Below the pieces are notes generated by a model. It searched no databases and was not told the origin of the DNA. It saw nothing but the letters and a program-made list of their open reading frames with translations. This document shows positions 14,160-28,289 of a DNA stretch of 64,000 nucleotides, one piece after another; the stretch's first letter is position 1, and each line of letters begins with the position of its first letter. The DNA is from Mytilus edulis (Eukaryota). A program made the position numbers and the translations under genes. The DNA lies in NCBI RefSeq assembly GCF_963676685.1, contig NC_092344.1:20150001-20214000 (forward strand), in the 5' to 3' direction.

Positions 14160-16375
14160 AATATAGGACTGGTAATTCAAATGAAAATCTGGCGATTATT
14201 CATTATGCAGTAATTGTATCATTTATATAGACTGTTATCAACGTTGCCTGCCGAATCAGGGTACTGTTTTAGGTAACCGTAGTATCAGCTAAGGACAATA
14301 GACCTTTCAATGGATTCACTGAACACACGTGAACGTGTAAGGCAAATTGAAAATTGTATAAATCGATACATTTCACGTGCGACTTTCGATGGATAGTAAA
14401 TAGACTGTTTGAACAGTGATACCTCATGATTTGTCAAATATGTAATAAACTTGCAGCAAATGCATGCACATATGTTCTTTTCAACATCGAATAACGTTTC
14501 GACTTAAACCTATAATGATGCAATTTCTGATTATATTTACTAAGTTATATATAGTTGTTTGGAGTAATACAAACGAATTCAGTAATCTCATTTCAATTCG
14601 ATTTCTCAACTTTACAGTACGTTGCAATAGTAGATGGTGGAAAACCGTGGTATTTGACTGGATTGTCTCCCCTTGTTTAATTCTTGGTTAATATTGCCCG
14701 TCACCTTTATCTAATGTTCTTATGATTAATGTTAAATCACTGAGATCAAAGGATGAAAATTAATTTTAAGATCGTTTAGATATTGTTGTCCCAACGTTGG
14801 TAAAAAAATAGGGGTTTTGTCATTGGGAATGGGTCCGAATACCGGACCCTGTGGAATGCCAGAAAAATCTATGCTGTGTACTTGAACAGGAATGATGTTC
14901 ATTTGAAGAAAAAAGAAGTATCACATTGTCCTTTCTGCTTGGTAACAAAGATGAAAAACGAAGATGTATTGAATTTTTATGAGGATAATGTAGTTTACCT
15001 TAAAATATAAACAATTCAGACCGATTTTATTGAAAAGTAATTTTACATTTGTTTACTTTTAAGCTTCAGTACACAAGTGTCGAGGAAGTAGGTTAAGACT
15101 CGGATAATTTCTCTGGATATTATTTTCAAAGATGCGAGCTAAACTACTGTATCTACCTCGGTATTTTTTTTTTATAGACATCAAGTTTTATATTCAGCAA
15201 TGCTATAAGAGAGGCAGGAATTTAACCAATGAGAAAAAAAGTAAAGGTCAAGGCAGTCAAGGAGTACTTGTATGATAGGGAGGAGGGGGAAATAAAAAGT
15301 TGTTTTTTTACAATCAACGTATATATGATTAGTATGCGAGTACTAGTATATATATAATATGATAAGGTCGGCAATAAGATAAGTATGCGAGACAAACTCT
15401 ACGAATATAATAAAATCGGTATGTCGCATTTGAATAGAAAAAAAGTAATTAAACTAATCCCGCAACTGTGCAAACCATGGTCATAGAAATGAGGAAGGAA
15501 ACGGAGAAATGCATGCTTTCTTAATTTTGAGTGTTTACTTATCACCCTTCAGCATAGACGAATCCGATTTATTTGTGTATTTAAAGATCTGAAGTTAATT
15601 TGAGGATTCTCGATTTCTTGGAAGAGAAGATGATATATTACATAATAAGATAGAGTATTGGACTGTAATAATAAATTGATTCTACTTAAATTAGAATACA
15701 TTTTGTAAAATATGATTTTAAGAGGAGAGATTTTAAGGTTGCCACAGTTCTTCATAGACAGTTTTTTCCCTCTGATTTAGATGATTATATATGTTGTAAC
15801 ATATATTGCACAATCCCTGTAGAATAGAGCTACTCGAAACAATTGTTATTTATTGTTGCTGTAAACAGAATTTTTTGGCAAACTTTTCAGGTTTCAAGGG
15901 CGTCATTATTTATATGGGGTTTAACAAAAACTATATCCCAAGTGTTAGCTTACATAACTAATAAAAATAACATCTTTGTTGATGATCAAATTGGAAAAAA
16001 AAAAGATTTTATGGTGTTTGTTAGAAAATGTGTGATCATAATAGTGCATATTTTCAATCGGGATTTGAAAACGTATAAAATTGACAGAATTATAACTCTT
16101 CTTGAATGTGGCAATACTATTACAATTATATCAACACCATGTGCTTGACATTAATGGGAAAATCATCTTTAAATTGTTATTGTGATCATCATTTAGAATT
16201 TTTGCCTTGTATACATGTATATTTATGTTGTTTTGTTTTTTCATTGTCATTTTACATAGTGCATTCCTTCATTATCATTGTATTTTATACATGTTTAGTT
16301 TTTGTTAAGTTATTTTGTAAAAAAAATAATAGTAAAGTTTTATCTATGAAAGAAGTGTTTTTATTTGTAAAGTGC

Positions 16376-16381
16376 AATAAA
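16376..16381 (+). terminator. Candidate distal polyadenylation signal of Wnt16
   Basis: AATAAA after a U-rich stretch and just before repeat-rich DNA. Other AATAAA motifs occur nearer the stop codon, so this is uncertain. Confidence 0.25.
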
Positions 16382-16803
16382 ACCATTGGAAATTTGATAT
16401 ACTGTTTCATAGCGTAAAATGGTTTATCCAAAATCTTTGTTTGTACATCAAAAACCGACAAAACCGCAAAATAAAACTTGAATCGAAAAAATTTGGTTAA
16501 CGAGCCTAAATTTGAATTCCTTTATTTATGAACTATTCGAATTAGATGCGGGTACATATGCGATCACATGCATACACATTTGCATTTTTATTTAGAATTC
16601 AAACATGTTATTTGTTGGTTGTGTCTTTTTTGATTGCTTGCATCACTCTTAAGTTCAAAGGCGGGGTTGGTCTTTTGTACTTTCTGCAGCGAAAATGTTC
16701 AAATTACATTACCTGTTGTTATCAAGAATTGCCTCCTTGTTGGTCATGTTCGGGTCAGTTAAAACTTTGTGGAAAATTATGCCACCTGACCAGAACGAAA
16801 CAA

Positions 16804-17440
16804 TAAAATTAAGAAGGGAAATGTGTAATGTGTTAAAGAAACAAAAACAACCCGATCAAACAGCAGAAAACAGCCGAAGGACACCAATGTATATGTCTTC
16901 AAAACAGCGAGAAAATCCCGCACCCGGAATTGTGTTCGGCCTACCCGTAAACAAAATGTGTACAAGTTCAGTAGTAACGGACGTCATACCAAACTCCGAA
17001 ATATATAAAATAAGACAATTGTACAAAGGACAGAGGCACCCGACTTGTGACGGGCGTGAAAATGTGGGTGTTCAGTGTGAGATCTATACATCTAGCCAAT
17101 CATAGATAAAAAAACAAACAAACAACAGTATAACTCAGTTCAAAAGAAGTCCAGAGTCCGATGTCAGAATCGTTAATAAAAGAAAATAAACAAAAAGACA
17201 ATGATACATAAAGAAAGGACTAAGCTAAAACTAGACATGCCAACTCGAGACATAATTTTAACTGATTGAATGATTATGGGTTCGTCATATGAATATCAAG
17301 TACACTCCCTCTCGTTAGGGATTTAGTATCGTACCAATATAAAAAATATGAGGAGAACAGAACCCGTATCATGCCAACAACTGGTTTAAGAATAAATTTG
17401 TTCCTTTCCGATGCAAAATCAATATTAAAACGCCAACATA
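16804..17440 (-). mobile_element. Diverged family-A retroelement 3' fragment
   Basis: Colinear with 62321-63010 (AAATCCCGCACCCGGA, GAGTCCGATGTCAGAA, ATGCCAACAACTG, TCCGATGCAAA). Confidence 0.8.
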
Positions 17441-19879
17441 AAAATCTGTCACATTTTTATCCTAACTCAAAAGATGATTTGCACAAAATTGCCAGAAATA
17501 CGGTATTCAAGCTCGTTGGTAAAAAAAGAATAATAAGTTCAGACGAAACAATCTTATTTCATTTACTATTTGTACTACTATGTGTTCAGCATTGCCAGAA
17601 ACAGGAATGTTAAAAAGAATTTTGGAAACGGGTGTTTAGAGTTAAGAAAATTTAACACTTACATTCCTGTTAAAAGGAGTGAGTTGTTCAAAAGATTTTA
17701 CGGAAATAAACATCAATTATTATCAGATGTGATGTATAAACCAGTTAACTGTTAGAGTATATTGGGCTCTCTTGCTTCTTGCATTGCCTACGTATCTTGG
17801 AACTACCTGACAAGCCGGTTGAAGTGGTTTTCCACATTTCTTACGTTAAATTACCACCTTTTAATAACAAGTGTTATGCATAAAAAGAAACATCAGTACT
17901 AATAGATAGACCACACCATTCATCAATAATGAACAACACATGGTCCAGATGGCTTGAATGGGTTAACTCACAAAATTGTGTGGGTTAAACCAGTTTACCA
18001 TGTACAAATCCTACTCATATGCCTATATAGACCAGAGATGGGCACGATAACACTGATTTTTGTGAGTAATCGATTGTAATAAATGCATTATTTTTCAATT
18101 ATTGTCAATTACACATTCTGAAAATTATTTTAAAAAGTACTATAGAAAGCTTACCGCAATTTCAATGGTCAATGAGTTTCTTAATGGAAATTAAGAACTT
18201 TACAAAAGCACTACTTCTAAATGTCATGTTTTTAACGTTGTTGCCTAGACCGATAAACCAAATAAATTACAAATTCTTGAAATATGGGTTAACAAGAGAG
18301 ATTGGTTTTAAAGTTCTTCATTGACTACCAACAATGCACCAGTCACAACTTTTTTATTATTGTCATTTGCTTCAAATTTTGCAAATATTTTATGACATAC
18401 TGTCTTACTGACTTAAATTTTGTTGCTCATTTAACTCTTTATTGGCAGATTATAAATTTTAATTTATAGATGAACATTTGAAACTTTTATTACTATTAAA
18501 AAAATTGATTCTGTAAAATAAAAATGTGATAATTTGTCTATATTGTAGATAATACCATGTCGTAAAAGACAAAAACACAATACAAAATCTAAACTATCAA
18601 GTAACCATCAGAATAACCAGTAAATTGCTGATTGACAGAATATGTGACAGTTATGATGCCACCTAGCTTTCAAAATAAGTTTATGATAAATAAGTTTGAT
18701 TTCTTTCTCTGTAAACGCAAGAATAATCAGAAATACAATACAGAAACTTAACATAAAATCGAAGGACTTACGGTACTGGAACGTAATATTAACAAGTAAA
18801 TTTTGACTAACAATTCAGGATACTAAAACTCAGTGTAAAAACCAGCTGGTCCACAACAATAGAAACATAACTGTTAAACCGACTAAGGAGGTAAAGCCTA
18901 TTTTTTCGTCGGTAATCACACTGTCATTAAAGATTTTCAAAAATAACAGTTACATCATTCTATTGTTTAAAACATATATGCAAATGCAAACTGTATTTTT
19001 GCCTTTAGAAATCTTTTTTCCACTGATATGTTAAAGATATTAATGTTTGCCGAAAATGGAAAAAGAAACACAATATTCTGTGCGCACAGAATCTTATGTT
19101 CTTTTCGTACGTTAATGTTCAAAGTTCTCCACATAATTTTAGCATGACTCAAAGTTCTGGAGTATTTGGGACCAATGTTGACTTTTTTTTATTAAAGTTC
19201 TGGTTGTGTAAGTCAAGTAAAATGAAGAAGTGCTGACATTTCTAAGGTATGTTTTGATGGGTTTGTTGCACATTGTTTATGTCATGTTATGTGTCTTGGA
19301 TGAGAAAGGAAGGGTCATACTTCTGGAGCACATGAGTTAAGTGTCGAAATTTATTGTCTAAGTCGTCATTGTTTGTGGAATTATTTCATATTTAGATTGT
19401 TATGGACAATTACTTTTAATATATTCAGTCATGTAATAAATGTTAAATAATAAAAGTTTTAAGTATTTTTAATTAAAAAAAGGCCCAAATTCGTTGATAA
19501 TCGATTTGGAACATTGGCAGTGACCAACTTTGATTTTTTTCATTGAACTGCCAAGTGGGGAACAGATATGTTCGCTGCAATGAAAATAGAAACTCTAGCG
19601 GTGCAGATTGAAATAAATATAATGCTCAATATATGTATAGCTCAGTGCTGAAGAAATAAAGGCATGCGCTGGAGACTTTAAAGTAAGGCTTAACAATAAC
19701 CGTTTGATTGTTTTTATCCTCCTAATGACGTTTTACGTTTAATTGTTTTGACTCTTTTTAAAGACTTTAAGATTGCGTGAACATTAAACATAATTGTTAA
19801 TAAACTACCTGTGGCCACCAAGTCTTTCTTTAAACTATCAATGCAAAACATAAACAGCAACGCACTATACATAATTCAG

Positions 19880-20690
19880 AAGATAAACTTTACATATCCA
19901 GCCGAAAACCAATACATATCCAGCGATAGACTTTACACATCTAGCCGATAGACTTTACATGTACAGTCGAAAGTCTTTAACATTTCCATCAAATAGACCA
20001 AAATATATATCCAGCAATAGACTTCATATCCAGCGACAGATTTTACATATTGAGTGAAAGACTTGATACATTCTGCCGATAGACTACATATCCAGCCGAT
20101 AGACTTAATAAGAAACAATAAACCTGGATAAGAATTAGAATTTTCTTTTTCTAATCAAGAACCTATAAAGGGGATAATTTTACAACAACAATATGACAAT
20201 ATGATTTATATATCCAGCGATAAAGTTAACATATCAAGTCGATAAATTTTACACATCCAGCCGATGAACTTGACATATCCAGCCGATGCACTTTACATAT
20301 CCAGCCGATATTTTTTGCATATCCAGTCGATAGGCTTTACATATTCAGCCGCTAGACTTAATATATCCAGCCGAAATGTTTTATAGATGAAGCGACAGAC
20401 TTAACATGTCCAGTCGATATACTTTTCATATCCAGCCGATAGACTTTATGTATTAAGCCTATAGACTTTACACAATAAATATGTATTCTTGCATATATAG
20501 ACTTTACATATTCTGCATTTAGACTTTAGTACTTTATATATCCAGTATACAATCATACGATAAACTTGACATATCATGTGATATGCTTTACATAAATACA
20601 TATCCAGCCGCTAGATTTTACATATCCAGCCGATACGCTTTTCATTATTAGCCGATAGACTTTGCGTATCCAGCAATAGACTTTACATAA
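19880..20690. repeat. Degenerate 22-bp tandem repeat
   Basis: Unit GATAGACTTTACATATCCAGCC repeated many times with decay. Confidence 0.85.
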
Positions 20691-20734
20691 TGCGTACACT
20701 TTCAGAGGTTGGGTTAACCATTTTTTAATCCATT

Positions 20735-21778
20735 TTTAGCTCACCTGGCTCAAAGGGCCAAGTGAGCTTTTCTCATCACTTGGCGTCCGTCGTCCGTCGT
20801 CCTGCGTCCGGCACCCGTCGTCCGTAAACTTTTACAAAAATCTTTCCCTCTGAAACTACAGGGCCAAATTAAACCAAACTTGGCCACAATCATCATTGGG
20901 GTACCTAGTTTTAAAAATGTGTCCGCCGGTTACCCGGCCAACCAAACAAGATGGCTGCCATGGCTAAAAATAGAACTTAGGGGTAAAATATAGGTTTTGG
21001 CTTATAACTCTGAAACCAAAGCATTTAGAGCAAATTTGACAGATGTAAAATTGTTTATAAGGGCAATATCTATCTGCCCTGAAATTTTCAGATGAATCAG
21101 ACAACAGGTTGTTGGGTTGCTGCACCTGAATTGGTAATTTTAGGGAAATTTTGCCGTTTTCGGTTATTATCTTGAATATAATTATAAATAGAGATAATCT
21201 GTACACAGCAATAAAGTTCAGCAAAGTAACATCTACAAATAAGTAGACCCCTTCAGGAGTTATTGCCCTTTATAGTAAATTTTACCAATTTTTCTTATAA
21301 ATTTTTGTAATCTTTTACAAAAATCTTCTCCTCTAAAACTACGAAGACAAAACTTAACCAAACTTGTCCACAATCATCATAAGAGTATCTAGTTTAAAAA
21401 TGTGTCCGATGACACCGCCCGTGAACCAAGATGGCAGACATGGCTAAAAATAGTACATAGGGTAATATGCAGTTTTTGGTTTATTTCTCTGAAACTGAAG
21501 CATTTAGAGCAAATCTGACTGATGGCAAAAATGTTCATCAGATTTAGATATATCTGCCCTGAAATTTTTAGACAGATTGGACAACCAGTTGTTGGGTTGC
21601 TGCCCCTGAGTTCATAATTTCATGGAAATTTTGAATTTTTTTGCTATTATCTTAGATATTATTATAGTATCTAATGATATCTTATACTATAAATTATGAT
21701 TTTAACCTTATTTTACATGAATTCCAGTAGCATGAGTAAATGCAGGTGAGCGACACAGGCTCTGTAGAGCCTCTAGTT
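20735..21778. mobile_element. HINE/DINE-1-like non-autonomous Helentron-associated element with an internal ~483-bp dimer
   Basis: Subterminal inverted motifs GCTCACCTG/CAGGTGAGC, a (CGTC)-type microsatellite, terminal hairpin AGGCTCT..AGAGCCT-CTAGTT, and T-rich flanks. CTTTTACAAAAATCT occurs at 20829 and 21312. Confidence 0.75.
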
Positions 21779-23449
21779 TCATGTTTCTTGGAATAATTTT
21801 GCACTCCTCTGTTTTCAAGAGATAATATACGTAGACTGGATTGCCTGCTTTCCTATGCTAACAACAAACAAACCTCCCAGAAACCAGTTATTTCATAAAA
21901 TCATAAATAAGCACTTACTCTAGAAATTGACCGACAGCATTTCGAAGTTCAAAGATCGACTGAGATTCGTGACCCCATGTTTTTGGTTGGGTTCGAGTTG
22001 CTCAGACTCAATTTCGTCTATGTTATGTTTTGTGTTCTATTGGTTTTTTTTAATTTTTAGCCATGGCGTTGTCTGTTTATTTTCGACATATGAGTGTGGA
22101 TGTATCTCTGGTATCTTTCGACCGTCTTTTGTAGGTACGGATTCAGCAGTTACAGATGGGAATATACTTACAAGATAGTCAAAATTTCGAACCAAAGTAT
22201 TAATCGAACATAGAGATTGAAAGCTAACACAACTCTCACCTAAAATGAATCCCGAAATCTTACTCCAACTCACAGGCACTTGACTTTGCTCGAACTCCAT
22301 GCCATGAACTCGGAACTCTCACTCGTATCACTACTGAGTCCCTTTTGTTGGACTCAATTTATGATGAATTGCTTTCATCTCTGCATATAGAAACTGACGT
22401 CATTAATAGCACAGGTAAGTCGTTGGCTCAAGCTTTATTAAAGAATCAAAAGCTAAAGTACTTTAATATCTTCATCAAAAAGTGCAATTATCTTCTGCAT
22501 CGAGGAACCAGAGGAAATGATACAGTTGGATAACGGTGCACCGACTGATTAAATAGAAGAAAATGTAATTTTGAGTCGCAGTATTAAATTATTTTTTGCT
22601 ATTTCCAATAACCTTTTCAAACATGAAATTGATAAATTATCTGATCAAACTTACTAGTACATGTTAATATCAAATTTTCAAACGCTTCAAAGAATTGACT
22701 GCATGTAGATGCAAATCTCACTACAGTTTATCAGACATTAAGGAGAAGCAATAATTCAACATCAGACAAGCATCTGTTTACAGATTTAAGAACATGATTT
22801 TATATTGAAAAGATCATTTTCTCGTTATATATAAATATGTACAAGACATTAATATGTTACATGATATCTCATAAACCAATCTCGTTACCTAGGGTGTAAT
22901 ATTATATTACTGTCAGATATTGCCACCATTAAATATCATGGTTAATAACCAAAGCAACCTAAGACTTTTTCGTGACTTTTACAAATTCGACAGAAAACGT
23001 GTCTATATATATATTTAAGAACATCATAGACTTTCTATAACATCCATGTTTTTAAGAAAATGATAAAAGAAAGGAGTTCTTAAAGATGATAAAGAATGGA
23101 GTTCAGTATATTAATCGAGCAAAACACTTTGTGACTTAATTTCGGTTTTGTCTTGATTTATTTTTTAATAGACCTCGTTAATTGTCGTCTTTGTTATAAC
23201 TCTTTTTTTACAGAAATTGTGTGAGTGAAAAAAGTCATGATACTCACAATACAAGCTAAAAATGGAAAGGCTATTTCCTCTAAATGCATTGTTTCACAAG
23301 AGAATAAACAAGATAATCAAACTTTATAGTGTTGTGGATGGACAGGGAGCCATTGGTAGACTAGACAATGAAAATGATATACATGTACCCTACCCTTTTC
23401 GACAAGTATAAGACCCGACAATGGAAAAAACGTACTAAATTCACAATTC

Positions 23450-24190
23450 CGTTGTTGATGATAATTTCAGCTTTCCAATTGTAAACTTTCCATTTGTGTT
23501 AAGCAACATTTCAGCAGCGCCTGCATATAGGATGCCGGTGTTTATCTCCCAGTTGATAAGATATTCCATTTTGTTTTGTTTCATTTCATGATTTCCTTGA
23601 TAGAGTGTTGCTGCTAACAAGGAATATATTCAACTGAGCTACCAAGTAGTAAAGTGGATGTTATTATATTTCTATTTGTTTCGTAAGCTTTAGACGAACA
23701 AGTAATCTTTGTCATAGTATGGCTATGTGGGCCTGGCGTGTCTGTTAAAACAGAACCGAAGTTTCTGATGTTTTTTTAAATTTGCATCAGCACCGAACTT
23801 TATGAATTGTATTTACAATTTCGCTTTCCTGTAAAATATACGAAAATTATGGATTGCCCGTTTTAATCAAATTAAAGTAAAATGTATTTTCTCACATCAT
23901 CACATGTTTTACAGACACCATCCGGACGCCATCACGAGTTGGTTAGCTGCTATGGAATACCTTTCACCAATGACAACGGATATCTTCCGATTGTCGGAAC
24001 CGCAATTTCGTCCTTATTTCATTACATAACGAACAACTTATCACCGAGTGTGCACATACCATGAGCAAAATGTAGATGCCACTCGTTGAACAGTATATGA
24101 TTACCCTTCCGAAGCACCTAAGATCATTCCGTTTTTTTGTGAACGGTTGCTTTGGTTTTAGTTTTCGATGTAGTGCTTTGTGAACTATGA
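23450..24190 (+). mobile_element. Decayed RT C-terminus and tail of an invertebrate retroelement (probably Penelope-like, Naiad-type)
   Basis: Frameshifted peptides DNFSFPIVNFPFVLSNISAAPAY..VFISQLIRYS, DFLDRVLLLTR and GRHHELVSCYGI. Interrupted by unrelated DNA at about 23660-23915. Confidence 0.6.
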
Positions 24191-27100
24191 CTGTCGTAAA
24201 AGTCTTTTCTCTACTACTTTTAAGTTTTAAATGTCCCTTTATATTCTCTTGTCTCCTTTTCAAGAAGGCAATAAACATGATATTCATTTCTCAACTTACG
24301 ATTTTGCCCTAGATAATAGTCATGAAATTTACTTTGCTGCTTAGCTCTTTTAAGAGATTATTAGACCAAGGAGTAAAACTCAAACCACAGTCAGCTATAA
24401 AAGATCCCGAAATTTCTTAGGCGAAACCATTCTAACCAGAAAACTGACGCATGTATATATTTTATTCTGGGTTTGCTAGACACTTATGGTGGTAATTTTG
24501 CAACAAAGATTACTGTAATTTTGAAATTGCCAGAGAATTTTTAATTTTCAATTTCTTTTCATATCACATGTGTCTTTTTGAATGAAATTTCAATATATAT
24601 TTCCATATAAAAAACGCAGAAAAGGCCGTCGTGTTTTTCTCGCTCCAGATAGTTTATAAACTAACCAGCATGTGTCTAAAAGATACAACGACCATCAATG
24701 GGGACCACCAACATGTTTGTCGTCTTAAACCACTTTTATTGTACTATTACCTGCCAATAATATCATATTATTTGTTTAACCTTTACCTCATATTTAGAAA
24801 GGGGTTCGCTATGGGATCTTAACAAAGCAATTTTCTGCTGCCGAAGTGCAATATCGCTTCAAATGCTGACGTCGGTATACTTGCTATTTTTTTCCATGAT
24901 ACAATACCAATGATTTGTGATTATCATAAAAGAAGATGTGGTATGATTGCCAATTAGACAACTCTCCACAAGAGACAAAAATTACCATATTAAATGTAAT
25001 ATTAAAAAAATAGTCATGATTCAAGTTACGGTTTTCAGCCGAAAAAATACTAACCATGACTCTGAATGCTATTCATAATGATACAGAGGTCTAAATCAAT
25101 AGTGTGCACACAAAATAAAACACCAATAAATAACAAATTCATTGCCTTTTTTTTTTGTATTTAAAGTTTTGTAGTAATCTTACTGAAGATATATATTATT
25201 ATTCATAGGAAAGGTTATAGTCTCCCATGATAGTTGACAAATAAAAGAGTTCTTGTGCCCGTTGATGGCCTCTTATCATGAATATGATGGTGGATATCAT
25301 TTAATATTGTCAGTTTTATGATTATATGTTATTTTACCTGATTAAAGGCATCCCGTGTAAAATGAACTCAAAGACCCAATTTTCCGTCCTTCAATATGCT
25401 TTAATATACAATTAATTGAATTCTTCAATTTAATTGAAATATCTGGAGTACATAGCCCGTAATCTAATGTTTTCAACAAAAGGACAACTGAGTGTAAAAA
25501 TCCCTTGCAATTTTTATTTGTGATTGCATTGTGTTTAGCATATTAATTGTACAGAATTATCACCTGTGCATGCAACAGTGCAAATATGCAGTTTTTATTG
25601 TTGAAAATGGGTTTGATAATGAATCATAGCAATTTTGAGTAGTAGAATTTGAGGTAACTTACACTTGTTTAAAAGGTACTCATGAAATATTACTGCTTTT
25701 TTTTAATTTATTTTAAAGGTCGAAATGATTATACCATTTATATCCACCAAAACCAAACTCTAAGGGACGCTGGAGTATCTCTCTATACACCTACATGTAT
25801 ATATCGCCATAATATATCATCTATGGACAACTAAACAATGCATCGAGGAATGCTTAAATGAAATTAAAAATTAAACCCAAAATATGGTTAATTTCTTGGA
25901 GATAAGGCCATAAGCGATCAAACATTAGTTAATAATTCATGAAGTTCGACGCGTACTCTTTTCGGTTGGGAAATTCACATTAATCAAAATTGAACATTAT
26001 GTTTTCAACATCCTACTATCATAGAACAGTGGTGTAACAACAAAACCATGCAATCAACTGAAAAAGTCCAAATGGGATATCTCGTGAGATGTGTTCGTTT
26101 CTAAATTTAATCAGTATCGATCTTATAAGATTATTCGGAATTTCTGAAAAATGTTGATCAGTTCATAAATAATGTAGATGTGATATTCCATTGAAATACC
26201 CATGTATGCTGTCTACAAACGCCGGTAAAATGTTGAATGCCACTGGAACATGAGGGTATATTGGATAGGGACAAATACTTTGCCTTGCAACTGGCAAAAT
26301 ACGAACCCCTAATGGTCTTTAAGGAACAGAGCACGTGCCAATCTATCTTCACGCCCAATAATGACCGGACATGGCTGTGTACGCGTTCATCCAACTCCAT
26401 ACTTTGACAAGAATTTTACTGACGATCGAAAGAGGAGGCTAAGTGACAACAATTCCAGTCCACCTTGGAGGTAAACAATTTTAAAAAGGTTTGTTATGAA
26501 TCACCCAGTACTGAAGTTCTGACTACTCTAGAGATGACGATAACCTTGGGAACTTATTAAACCAATGTAGTAAATAAACAATAAAATTAAAAAAATCTAT
26601 AACCTTGGGATAAAAGAGTATATAATATGTGCACACCCCACAAATATACAGTGACAATTTTTATTCTTTGAATTAATGATGGTAAAGAAGCTATGATGGT
26701 GCTTTACATCTGTGTGACCAAGCATAACAGACGCTTGATCAGGATCATGTGAAATTGTTCCTTTTTTCTTTATTTCTAGACCGAAAAAATAGATCTATAT
26801 TACCATCATAGAAAGAAAATGAAACATTTGGAATACTGGAATACATTTTCTGTTCAATAAAAACACACATTTACACACTATATGTACCTACATCTTACTC
26901 CAACATGTCTGTGCTCCCAAGCAGATTTTTACATCACGAAATTTATACGATATGTATAAAATCCATATCGGTTCACCAACACGTGTATTGAGAGTATGGA
27001 ATCAACCTCGACATACTTATTTGGTCCCTCAGTTTGGGCCCAGGCATATTTGATATATCAAAGCAAAGAAGACGCATGCTGGTGTCTATGTAATCTACAA

Positions 27101-27870
27101 GACTTGGAAACAACTTATGGAAATGAACGTCGCCTTTTATGGAGTGTATTTTAATACAGCATTATTAAAATGGTTTAATGCATTGGTTTCCTGTTTTGAA
27201 CAGTACTTTATTTGAGCCTTTTTATTCACGTTTTGTTAAGCAAATGCACTAAACTATAAAATGTAAGTTGTATGAAAAAAAAAAATATTCGCTCTATTAA
27301 ACATGGACGCACTTCAAAAAACCTTGACTGATTTGATAACAGGCTTTTAAAATGAATTTACCCTCCAAAATGTGCTTATAAATTCAATAACAAGATTTTT
27401 TTGTGTAAAAAGTGTGCATATCTAAGTATGTGTCAATTCCATATATCGTTTCCTTTGACATTTGCATTGGTATGTGGTTAAAAATGGACTTAGTCTATAT
27501 ATGGAAAAAAGGCTTAATTAAACAAAATAAAGTAGGATTGATGATATATAATTTTTTTTTTATCAGAAATACTTATTTATCTTGAATGATATTTCATATT
27601 AGGTTCTTTCTTTTTTTTTACGTCCTTTGATTCAAATTCTGTGGTCAGATCTGGTAAGCTGTGGTGGACAGGGACAGGGTGGGAACAGAGCATCACCCTG
27701 TCAAGGAAACTAACTTCCTATTTGCCTGACCATTGGTGGCTATTTTGATAAATGCATCTGACATTATGTAAAACACGTTTTTTTTTATAAATATTTGATA
27801 TTATGTCAGTGTTGTTCATCATCAGTAAAGCCATAGTTTCCATTGTAAATACATATATATATATATATAT

Positions 27871-28287
27871 AAGTACGTCTGAGTCAGTGACAACTCTACA
27901 ACAGATGTATCCATCGGATCGCCATCAATGATGGTGATACATGGCTGTGTACATAATGTATATACAACTCGTCTAAACATCAACCCAACAATGTTAGATC
28001 TGTAAATTTGCTTTCGCAAATTTTTGGTTCTTCCCTCGCCGGGATTCGAACCCATGCTACTGTGATATCGTGACACCAAATCGCCTGCACTGCAGCCGTC
28101 CCGCTAGACCACACGACCACCTGGGCTCTCAAAAAAGAGCTTTCGCTGGCCATGTGTTACCTTTCCACGTCAGTTTTAATCTAGCGGCGTACTACAGTAC
28201 ATGATATATAAGGCATGAAGATGTTATTGTTACAGATCAGCTAAATTATCTATAGTAAAGGATCCTACAAATTAATGTAAGATACAG
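27871..28287 (-). mobile_element. Hammerhead plus tRNA-like Pol III repeat unit (retrozyme/SINE), circularly permuted near-monomer
   Basis: Reverse complement of the unit at 29687-30258. Contains a hammerhead (28177-28133) and A/B boxes, and ends in (TA)n at 27853-27871. Confidence 0.85.
28133..28177 (-). ncRNA. Minimal type-I hammerhead ribozyme motif (core variant)
   Basis: AAAA-CTGACGT-GG aaa GGT aacacatg GCC a GC-GAAA-GC-TC-TTTT. Stem I is perfect and the site is UC, but there is an A9>U change and one stem II mismatch. Confidence 0.7.
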
Positions 28288-28289
28288 AT

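Noticed and set aside
2956-14752. TCF/LEF-like GATCAAAG sites around Wnt16 (2956, 10026, 14743)
   Set aside because: Scattered short motifs are expected by chance in AT-rich DNA; there is no clustering or conservation evidence.
26415-26440. CTGACGATCGAAA as a hammerhead core
   Set aside because: No room for stem II and no stem I or III pairing.
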